Origin: Escherichia phage 4E10 | Direction: 5' to 3' (one strand) | Sequence record: OQ689735.1 | Length of the DNA: 64,000 nt | In this document: positions 30,995-40,718 of the stretch, piece after piece | How positions within the stretch are numbered: position 1 is the stretch's first letter | Layout: every line of letters begins with the position of its first letter | The notes under the pieces: model-generated | Database searches by the model: none | Seen by the model: only the letters and a program-made list of their open reading frames with translations | Told to the model about the DNA's origin: nothing | Program-made: the position numbers and the translations under genes

Positions 30995-31024
30995 ATACTA
31001 TCACAAAGGAACCATACTGTAAAC
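30995..31024 (-). promoter_or_regulatory. T4-type early promoter (GTTTAC-N18-TAGTAT) on - strand
   Basis: minus-strand read GTTTACAGTATGGTTCCTTTGTGATAGTAT. Confidence 0.45.
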
Positions 31025-31053
31025 AACTTTGTGCAATCTTTGGAAAATAAAAA

Positions 31054-31073
31054 AGGACTCCCGAAGGAGTCCT
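31054..31073 (-). terminator. hairpin AGGACUCC-loop-GGAGUCCU followed by U-run on - strand
   Basis: aggactcccgaaggagtcct seen directly, 5 nt after stop of the 58-aa ORF; followed by UUUUUAUUUU. Confidence 0.6.
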
Positions 31074-31077
31074 TAAC

Positions 31078-31254
31078 TTATGCTTTCTGCTTACCAAAAC
31101 GAGAAGCATCATCTCTAAGAACCGCACGTGCTCGGCGCATGATCTTCTCAACAGTTTGATTGATACGAGAGTTCGACCCACGCTTGTAGCCAGCGCGTTT
31201 AGAATCACCAACTTTCTTTTCAACTGCTTTCTTTGCTTTAGCTTGTTTTGCCAT
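31078..31254 (-). CDS. small basic protein (58 aa; position of T4 30.9)
   Basis: ATG at 31254 with upstream GAG; lysine/arginine-rich MAKQAKAKKAVEKKVGDSKRAGYKRG... Confidence 0.5.
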   Translation of the reverse strand: MAKQAKAKKAVEKKVGDSKRAGYKRGSNSRINQTVEKIMRRARAVLRDDASRFGKQKA

Positions 31255-31498
31255 TATAAATTCTCTTTTAAATGAAAATGCAGGACTTATTGGCATTGCC
31301 TGCGCAAGCCCTCAAGGGGAACGTAGGTTTTTGGATATTTAACGACAGGATAACCATAAACCCGTCATCATTCACATTCAAGAGGTACACCATAAAACTG
31401 CCGGGGTCTTAAAACTATAATGATTCGCAAATCATTAATCAGACAGTTCGATGGCTCCTCGATTTTAGCTCACACTAAGGCAGTGAATCTCCAATAAA

Positions 31499-31747
31499 TT
31501 ACTTCAGTGTTACCACAAAGTGACGAACTGCTTTTCGTGCAGCAGAAGCCAGAGGCTTAGCATACTTAAGTTCATCTTTTTCCTGAAGCTCAGCAGCTAA
31601 TGCAGTTTGAGCAGGATTCAGATGTTTGAAATAACGCAGGATTTCAAGAGCTTCGGCTTCAACATCAATAGATGCGCCATAGTTTTCGTGACCATTATTC
31701 CATGCGTTTCGTTGCAGTTCAAGAGCGTGTTGTAATTGTTTAATCAT
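31499..31747 (-). CDS. rIII: RIII lysis inhibition accessory protein
   Basis: 82-aa ORF; sequence MIKQLQHALELQRNAWNNGHENYGASIDVEAEALEILRYFKHLNPAQTALAAELQEKDELK... matches T4 rIII from memory. Confidence 0.85.
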   Translation of the reverse strand: MIKQLQHALELQRNAWNNGHENYGASIDVEAEALEILRYFKHLNPAQTALAAELQEKDELKYAKPLASAARKAVRHFVVTLK

Positions 31748-31886
31748 TTAAAAATTCTCGTTAGAGATTAAAACTCGGTAGTCACGTTCTTCTGAATTTC
31801 ATCTTCTTTCGACAGATCTCTCAGTTGTAGACTACCACATAGAATTGTTCGGTTAACTTATTATTCCGACACCCAATTCATATTAT

Positions 31887-31894
31887 TATTTATA
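31887..31894 (-). promoter_or_regulatory. late promoter motif TATAAATA on - strand just downstream of gene 31
   Basis: tatttata on + strand abutting gene 31 stop; 140 nt upstream of rIII. Confidence 0.35.
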
Positions 31895-32230
31895 TCACTT
31901 ATAAAGACACGGAATAGCTTTATAGTGACAAGTAACGAATTTTTGTTTAATTTCTTTTGGCTGCTTAAGACCCAGAGCTACAAAAGGATGCGGAACATTT
32001 CGAATTTGACCAACTGGAAGAGAAGTCAAATCACCAACTTCACAAAAACCTTCAGGAACATCAGGACCGACAGAGTGAATTACACACAGTTCAGGAACTT
32101 CACCTTGAACACGTTTACCGATAATAAGTCCTGATTCTGTAACTTCTTCATCACCAGCTTGTGCAGGTTCAGAAACTAAAATAACATATTCACCGACAGC
32201 ACGAATTGGTAGCTGTTGTACTTCAGACAT
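31895..32230 (-). CDS. 31: head assembly co-chaperonin gp31 (GroES analogue)
   Basis: 111-aa ORF; sequence [55 protein letters not shown]... matches T4 gp31 from memory. Confidence 0.92.
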   Translation of the reverse strand: MSEVQQLPIRAVGEYVILVSEPAQAGDEEVTESGLIIGKRVQGEVPELCVIHSVGPDVPEGFCEVGDLTSLPVGQIRNVPHPFVALGLKQPKEIKQKFVTCHYKAIPCLYK

Positions 32231-32249
32231 CGTTTTTCCTTTTTGTTAA

Positions 32250-32287
32250 CAGATGAATTAATAATAACAAATAATTCTTAAAGCATT
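32250..32287 (-). promoter_or_regulatory. candidate MotA-dependent middle promoter for gene 31 (MotA box AATGCTTTA plus -10 TTATTA)
   Basis: minus-strand read AAATGCTTTAAGAATTATTTGTTATTATTAAT; TGCTT core at about -30. Confidence 0.3.
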
Positions 32288-32595
32288 TATTTACCAATAA
32301 ATTGGAGCAAATGCTCAACTTTCATACCATTAACAGAAATCAATTTGTCAATAGAAAAACCTCGCCATGCACAAAGCTCAACATCAAATACTGGAATCAT
32401 GTCAGTAGATTCTTTCCGAGTAGATTCAGTCAATTTGCCAGTTTGCATGGTTGGCATAAAGTCTGCATCACGAGTACCTTTCATGGTACGAATAGTACCA
32501 TCAGACTTTTCAAAAACCACGTTTGAAATACCCATGGACAATTTAGTTTTCAAAATTTCACGAATTGCTACTTTTTGTTCAGTCGTCAGTTTCAT
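32287..32595 (-). CDS. hypothetical protein (position of T4 31.1)
   Basis: 102-aa ORF, ATG start. Confidence 0.6.
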   Translation of the reverse strand: MKLTTEQKVAIREILKTKLSMGISNVVFEKSDGTIRTMKGTRDADFMPTMQTGKLTESTRKESTDMIPVFDVELCAWRGFSIDKLISVNGMKVEHLLQFIGK

Positions 32596-32832
32596 TTATT
32601 TACCTATTACAGTTTTAATATGAGTTGTTCCACGTTCTTTAAGGGTGGAAAGTAATTTTTGGCATTTTTCTAAATCAGATTTCCAACTATATGGTCTATC
32701 AATACAAACCCATTCTGACTTATAATACTGCTTCCATTTAGAGAAAAAATATTTCTTAAACTCTACAGCAAATGAGATGTTCTCGTTAGAATAAGAACTA
32801 ATTGCTGTGAGCTTTACCAAACGAAATTTCAT
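32596..32832 (-). CDS. hypothetical protein (position of T4 31.2)
   Basis: 78-aa ORF, ATG start. Confidence 0.55.
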   Translation of the reverse strand: MKFRLVKLTAISSYSNENISFAVEFKKYFFSKWKQYYKSEWVCIDRPYSWKSDLEKCQKLLSTLKERGTTHIKTVIGK

Positions 32833-33413
32833 TATTCACCACAGAATTCGTTGATATTTTCCCAGTTTAACTTATTCAAGTTTTTCTTAGGAACATTAAA
32901 CACTTCAATACCTGCATTTCGCAGAATATCATCCCAACCAGGTTTATTTTTGTCGTATGTTTCACAATAAACCAGCTTTTTAATACCAGATTGAGCTATC
33001 GCTTTTGCGCAATCTGGACAAGGAGAAAGTGTTACATACATAGTAGCACCTTCAATAGAAGAACCATTTCGTGCAGCAAACAAAATTGCGTTTAGTTCAG
33101 CATGAATTTCATTTTTAGATGACCATTCCGAGTGAGCACTACGATGTTCTTTCGCCAAGACAAAACGATCAGTTGAACCAAATGATACGCATTCAGGCTT
33201 ATGACCTTGAATGATAGTATGTTTAGGCTTATTCAACAACCAACCTTGCTCAGCAGCATAATCACAACAGTTCACACCCCCTGCGGGTGAACCATTATAC
33301 CCAGTAGAAATAATACGTCCATTCTTTTCAATTACTGCTCCTACCTTCCAGGAGCAACATTTTGATTCCTGCGATACTAAATATGCAATTTGAAGTACTG
33401 TACTCGCTTTCAT
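32832..33413 (-). CDS. cd: dCMP deaminase
   Basis: 193-aa ORF; cytidine/deoxycytidylate deaminase zinc motifs HAELNAI and PCPDC; size of T4 Cd. Confidence 0.93.
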   Translation of the reverse strand: MKASTVLQIAYLVSQESKCCSWKVGAVIEKNGRIISTGYNGSPAGGVNCCDYAAEQGWLLNKPKHTIIQGHKPECVSFGSTDRFVLAKEHRSAHSEWSSKNEIHAELNAILFAARNGSSIEGATMYVTLSPCPDCAKAIAQSGIKKLVYCETYDKNKPGWDDILRNAGIEVFNVPKKNLNKLNWENINEFCGE

Positions 33414-33748
33414 TTCATAATCACCAGATAAGCAGATTTAGCAGTTTCAACACGATAAATTTCGTGACGAAGTTTAGTTATACTTTTAATAACAGAACTA
33501 ATTATATTCTGCCCATCTTTAAAGCGGTTTTTCTTATCAATAAAAACTGCGCCAGTCATCTTTTTGTGAAGCTCAACTGGATACTTCGTCACAATAATAG
33601 CATCATACACAGAAGGATGAATACTATTCACCAGAGTATCATTCATTAAAGTTATTCTAATGAACTGTGCTGTTTCAGAATCAAGCGCTCTATGATCGCC
33701 AGTATCATTTTCAAGACAATTATCAATTATATCAGTTAAATTCATCAT
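33410..33748 (-). CDS. hypothetical protein (cd.1 position)
   Basis: 112-aa ORF, ATGA-type overlap. Confidence 0.55.
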   Translation of the reverse strand: MMNLTDIIDNCLENDTGDHRALDSETAQFIRITLMNDTLVNSIHPSVYDAIIVTKYPVELHKKMTGAVFIDKKNRFKDGQNIISSVIKSITKLRHEIYRVETAKSAYLVIMK

Positions 33749-33984
33749 AGTACGCCATACACCCTTTGTGCTTCAACTAATCCATCAAAATCCAGTTTAA
33801 GATGCGATATTTGATCGCCATCACCTGGATTCACAATTACTAATACTGAACGAGGAGTTTCGGTAATAACACGAACCGATGTTTCAGGAAATCGTTCAGA
33901 AACCTTATTTACTAATTCCTGTGCAAATAGTTTAACTTTTTCTTGGAATTCTTTAACAGTAATTGGTTTTTCACTTAGTAGCAT
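33745..33984 (-). CDS. hypothetical protein (cd.2 position)
   Basis: 79-aa ORF. Confidence 0.55.
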   Translation of the reverse strand: MLLSEKPITVKEFQEKVKLFAQELVNKVSERFPETSVRVITETPRSVLVIVNPGDGDQISHLKLDFDGLVEAQRVYGVL

Positions 33985-34505
33985 GTTGATCCCAGCTCCT
34001 TACTTTCAACATTTTTAACTAATTTGACAGAAACTAATTCAGCATCTTGAGTAATCATTACCGGACCTTCTTCATACTCTTCAAGATATTCTAGTGCTTT
34101 CTTTTTAGCCTCTTCCTTCGTATCGGTTTGAGCATAGATATAAAACATACAACCAGTAATACCTACTACTTTCCACTTAATTTCTTTATCAGTTTTAATT
34201 TCAAATTTACTGACAGAATCATCTTTTTGAACTTCTTCGAAAAAAGAATATTCTAACATATAAGCAATTGAAAATAACGGGCTAACTTTATAGGATTCAC
34301 CCATTACATCAACAGCTTTATACCAACAATCATCAATTTCGCGTTTAATGCTAATAACATTCTTCGCAGGATCAATTTTTACTTTAAATGAATTTTCCCC
34401 AATAAAATGGGCAATTCGTTTATTAGCCCCGCAAGTTTCATTAAAAATATCTTTATACCCAGTTTTAAAGCGATAAACCTTATCTTCTTCAAACCATTCG
34501 CTCAT
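33975..34505 (-). CDS. hypothetical protein (cd.3 position)
   Basis: 176-aa ORF, ATG start, early promoter upstream. Confidence 0.6.
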   Translation of the reverse strand: MSEWFEEDKVYRFKTGYKDIFNETCGANKRIAHFIGENSFKVKIDPAKNVISIKREIDDCWYKAVDVMGESYKVSPLFSIAYMLEYSFFEEVQKDDSVSKFEIKTDKEIKWKVVGITGCMFYIYAQTDTKEEAKKKALEYLEEYEEGPVMITQDAELVSVKLVKNVESKELGSTCY

Positions 34506-34535
34506 TTCAATTTCCTCGTTTGTTTTGGTAGAGCT

Positions 34536-34565
34536 ATAATATCACAACTCTACCGTAAAGTAAAC
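34536..34565 (-). promoter_or_regulatory. T4-type early promoter (GTTTAC-N18-TATTAT) on - strand
   Basis: minus-strand read GTTTACTTTACGGTAGAGTTGTGATATTAT. Confidence 0.5.
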
Positions 34566-34567
34566 TA

Positions 34568-34843
34568 TTAAATTGCTTTGAATTCTGATGTCTGTGATTC
34601 AAAACGAATGTCGCCTTTGATAACTAGCTCAGCATCAAGACCGAATACAACAATGATATGCGCGGAACCTGGATACAACGTGATGGCAACAGAATCCACC
34701 TGGTCTGGAAGCAAAGTGTTCAATACATGAGTCACTTGAGCATGAATTCGAAGCTCGGCTGCGTTATCAAGCTTTTCAAACATATTATTAGCGATAATTT
34801 GACTAAACACTACTTCTACAATTTTAGAATAAGTCGGAAACAT
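34568..34843 (-). CDS. hypothetical protein (cd.4 position)
   Basis: 91-aa product from first ATG (track begins at TTG 34873). Confidence 0.5.
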   Translation of the reverse strand: MFPTYSKIVEVVFSQIIANNMFEKLDNAAELRIHAQVTHVLNTLLPDQVDSVAITLYPGSAHIIVVFGLDAELVIKGDIRFESQTSEFKAI

Positions 34844-34845
34844 AT

Positions 34846-35046
34846 TTACCTCACATAATTTTCTTCGAGCCAATCAATAACATCCAAAGCGTTATCAAAA
34901 GTTTCGCCATCTACTTTGTCTTCTGTTTCATAATCAAGAACATCTAGGCCTACTCTTCCGTCAACAATAGGCCATAGACAAAATAGATATTTCTTTTCTT
35001 TTTCAATTTTATCACAAAGATGATAAATCTTTTCTAGGTTATTCAT
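34846..35046 (-). CDS. hypothetical small acidic protein (cd.5 position)
   Basis: 66-aa ORF, ATG start. Confidence 0.5.
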   Translation of the reverse strand: MNNLEKIYHLCDKIEKEKKYLFCLWPIVDGRVGLDVLDYETEDKVDGETFDNALDVIDWLEENYVR

Positions 35047-35235
35047 AAGTTTTCCATGGTAAAGGCAGTTTAGTTTTCTTTACTACTAGTTCAACATCAG
35101 GATTCTTTTCTCTTAATTTAAGACATTCCTCCCATGCTCTATTTTCACTAGTAAATACACAAAATTGCCCATTACTAGTACCAACTAAACCGCTATTTAC
35201 AATAACAATAGCCCAAGTTTCATGGTGCAAAGCCA

Positions 35236-35236
<1 letters not shown>
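35039..35236 (-). CDS. hypothetical protein
   Basis: 65-aa product from ATG at 35236 forming TAATG overlap with pseT stop. Confidence 0.45.
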
Positions 35237-36440
<1,204 letters not shown>

Positions 36441-36668
36441 TTATTTTTTCTCAACTAATGATTGAATATAATCATGTAGGTCTTTAGATGCTTTACCCCA
36501 CTTATTTTGATATTCATTTTTGAGATTAGCACGTGATTGAGCTAATAAAACATCATTAGTTGGAGGTAAAGATTCTAACCGCTGAATCTGGCGTCCATAA
36601 ATCATTGCAGCCATCTCGGATTCATAAATCAATCCTTTGAGATGTTCAAATTGATGCCATGAAATCAT
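36441..36668 (-). CDS. hypothetical protein
   Basis: 75-aa ORF, ATG start. Confidence 0.5.
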   Translation of the reverse strand: MISWHQFEHLKGLIYESEMAAMIYGRQIQRLESLPPTNDVLLAQSRANLKNEYQNKWGKASKDLHDYIQSLVEKK

Positions 36669-36964
36669 TTACATTTATCCTCTTTTAACTCTTGACGATA
36701 ATAACATATCATAGTTTTCTGGTCATGTATATATCGTTTTACATCATTAAGCCAAATACGAAATTCCTGGGAATCTTCGAATGGCATACCGACCCAAGCT
36801 TTACCATCAATAACTTTAACTTGCCAGGATAGTTTAGCTTCATCATATGACTTTATTTGTACTGGCCAATTAGGATGAACTGTTTCTTTCTTTACTTCTA
36901 GAGGCTTTGTCGAACAACCAACTAGAAGACCAATAGATAATATTACTGCTGATAGTTTAATCAT
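36665..36964 (-). CDS. outer-membrane spanin component (o-spanin lipoprotein; T4 pseT.2-type)
   Basis: 99-aa ORF with lipoprotein signal MIKLSAVILSIGLLVGC (lipobox LVGC). Confidence 0.7.
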   Translation of the reverse strand: MIKLSAVILSIGLLVGCSTKPLEVKKETVHPNWPVQIKSYDEAKLSWQVKVIDGKAWVGMPFEDSQEFRIWLNDVKRYIHDQKTMICYYRQELKEDKCK

Positions 36965-37314
36965 TTAGAAAGGTCCTGGATGTCTTCTGCGAACTTGTTG
37001 AAGGAGTTGTTGATTTGTTTTTCAACCAATCCTGGCTTATGAGCCACCACATCCGCCTTCTTTGCGTCTTTGCGCAGTTTTTCATTTTCACGCTCAATAG
37101 CAGCAATTGCCTCACGATTTTTATTATTCATCGCATCAATATAATTATACTGAATTCGCAAATTATTTAATGCTAAAGCGTTTTCATTGGCCGTTTTTGT
37201 AATTTCTACAACAGACGTTTCTAATCTTTCAATTTTATTTTTTAAAATTAAAGAAGTTCCGCCCAATGCAATTACAATTAATAGCAAGCCTGCTGTCGTA
37301 TTACTTAATTGCAT
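36961..37314 (-). CDS. inner-membrane spanin component (i-spanin; T4 pseT.3-type)
   Basis: 117-aa ORF with N-terminal TM helix (TAGLLLIVIALGGTSLIL) then coiled-coil-like region; ATGA overlap with o-spanin gene. Confidence 0.7.
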   Translation of the reverse strand: MQLSNTTAGLLLIVIALGGTSLILKNKIERLETSVVEITKTANENALALNNLRIQYNYIDAMNNKNREAIAAIERENEKLRKDAKKADVVAHKPGLVEKQINNSFNKFAEDIQDLSK

Positions 37315-37811
37315 AAAGTTTTAATAACCTCTATAATATCGTCTTGAGAAAGACCGTTAATTAAAATATGATGTTCAGCTGGAGATTTAGAAATTTTAAA
37401 GCATGCCTCAACATCTTCTGCCATATCCGACGCGCTACGATTTGGATTACTAATTCCAAGACGATGTTTTCCCGTTAAAGGATTAACGATGATATAGCAT
37501 TTACAGTTGTTAATATGAACATTAGGTTGAGTCTGATTAATGAATACATCACAATCATATTTCGCAAGCTGATTTTCTAAAAAGACTTTCATCTCCTCAA
37601 CCGCATCAGGAAGCATATCACGGGCTTGCTCAAGACGACGATTTCGATATTCTTTAATGGTCGTTTTCCGCTTGACTTGCTTAGCTAAATCTTTCTTAAG
37701 ATCGGTGATATATCCAACTCGACGATTTCCTTTAAATACAGAAATCCCATCTGTAGTATCACCGTATGCTTCAACGACCATCTCAGTAGTAATAAGCTGC
37801 AAATCCATCAT
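37305..37811 (-). CDS. alc: Alc (inhibitor of host transcription on cytosine-containing DNA)
   Basis: 168-aa ORF; size and position of T4 Alc between spanins and rnlA; early promoter upstream. Confidence 0.8.
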   Translation of the reverse strand: MMDLQLITTEMVVEAYGDTTDGISVFKGNRRVGYITDLKKDLAKQVKRKTTIKEYRNRRLEQARDMLPDAVEEMKVFLENQLAKYDCDVFINQTQPNVHINNCKCYIIVNPLTGKHRLGISNPNRSASDMAEDVEACFKISKSPAEHHILINGLSQDDIIEVIKTLCN

Positions 37812-37839
37812 AAAGTCCTCATGTTATGTCAGTAAGACT

Positions 37840-37870
37840 ACTATAACACAACACGAGGGAACTTGTAAAC
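37840..37870 (-). promoter_or_regulatory. T4-type early promoter (GTTTAC-N18-TATAGT) on - strand upstream of alc
   Basis: minus-strand read GTTTACAAGTTCCCTCGTGTTGTGTTATAGT; near-identical to promoter at 22045-22074. Confidence 0.55.
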
Positions 37871-37873
37871 AGC

Positions 37874-39461
<1,588 letters not shown>

Positions 39462-39468
39462 AATAAAA

Positions 39469-39484
39469 TGGGCCTTACGGCCCA
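39469..39484 (-). terminator. hairpin UGGGCC-loop-GGCCCA between nrdB and denA, followed by U-rich tract
   Basis: tgggccttacggccca seen directly between nrdB stop and denA start. Confidence 0.5.
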
Positions 39485-39488
39485 CTCC

Positions 39489-40667
39489 TTAAAAATATTT
39501 TTTAAAACTCATCATAACTTTATCATCAACATCATTATCAATCTGTGCAACAAGGTAAGATGATAGTTCTACTTCTTGTGGCGCGGATTGAACATTATCA
39601 GAATTAAGATATTCACGAATCCAAGGATACGGATGTTTAACCGGAGCATCGGTAATTGGGCATGGAAGACCGCACTGTTTCATACGAGATACAGTTAAGT
39701 AATCAATAAAGCTCCACATGCTATTTGTATTTAATCCAGGAACATCGCCATCTTTAAATAAATGAACCGCCCAATCTTTTTCTTGACGGTTAACTTCCAT
39801 GAAAATATCAACTGCTTCTTGTTCACACTCTTGGGCGATTTTAACCCATTCATCACCATCAGTGCCAAGTTGAAGTTGACGAATAATGTACTGAGTACCT
39901 TTAAGGTGAAGCTGCTCGTCACGAGCAATGAACTTCATAATCTTGGCATTACCTTCCATGATTTCCATGTTCTTATGGAAGTTAAAGGTACATGCAAAAG
40001 ATACATAAAAACGAATAGCTTCCAATGCGTTGATTACATGCAAACAGAGGTAAAGAGATTTCATTAGCTCACGCTTCCAATATGTCTCATGCTCAATAGC
40101 ATCTTCAATAACGTCTTCGTCTGCATTAATTTCTTTTTGGTATTCGATATCAGCTTTAGCGTTTTCCCAATAACGAGTTTTAATCAGAACATCATCATAA
40201 TAACGTCCAATGGATTCAGCACGTTTCATAATAGCTTCATCTAATACAATTTCATCAAATACCTTCGATGGATCAGTATAAAGATTTCGCATGATATGTG
40301 TATATGAACGGCTGTGAATAGTTTCACTAAAAGTCCACGTAGCAACCCATGTATCAAGGCTTGGGTCTGAAATTAATGACATAAGTACAGCAGACGGCGC
40401 ACGACCCTGAATGCTATCCAAAAGTGATTGATACTTCAGATTATTAGTAAAAATATTTTGCTGATACTGAGGAAGCTTATTAAACTGTGCAGCATCCATC
40501 ATCAAGTTTACTTCTTCAGGACGCCAGAAAAATGATAATTGCTTTTCGGTTAAATCTTCAAAAACTTTATGACGTTGAATATCATAACGCGCAATACCAA
40601 GACCTGAACCAAAAAACATAGGTTCTTTTAAAACATCAACTGGATTTGTATTAAAAACTGTGCTCAT
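39489..40667 (-). CDS. nrdB: ribonucleotide reductase small (beta) subunit NrdB, uninterrupted
   Basis: 392-aa continuous ORF with ferritin-like diiron/tyrosyl radical protein features; no intron insertion. Confidence 0.93.
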   Translation of the reverse strand: MSTVFNTNPVDVLKEPMFFGSGLGIARYDIQRHKVFEDLTEKQLSFFWRPEEVNLMMDAAQFNKLPQYQQNIFTNNLKYQSLLDSIQGRAPSAVLMSLISDPSLDTWVATWTFSETIHSRSYTHIMRNLYTDPSKVFDEIVLDEAIMKRAESIGRYYDDVLIKTRYWENAKADIEYQKEINADEDVIEDAIEHETYWKRELMKSLYLCLHVINALEAIRFYVSFACTFNFHKNMEIMEGNAKIMKFIARDEQLHLKGTQYIIRQLQLGTDGDEWVKIAQECEQEAVDIFMEVNRQEKDWAVHLFKDGDVPGLNTNSMWSFIDYLTVSRMKQCGLPCPITDAPVKHPYPWIREYLNSDNVQSAPQEVELSSYLVAQIDNDVDDKVMMSFKKYF

Positions 40668-40718
40668 AAATTTTCCGCTTAGTTAATAGATAGTGACTCG
40701 TCCATGAGTCAAATTATA

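Noticed and set aside
31299-31450. + strand ORF (about 50 aa) and 41-aa - strand ORF in the 30.9-rIII intergenic gap
   Set aside because: No SD sequences, below ORF-track threshold, not convincing; region retained only as a non-coding observation
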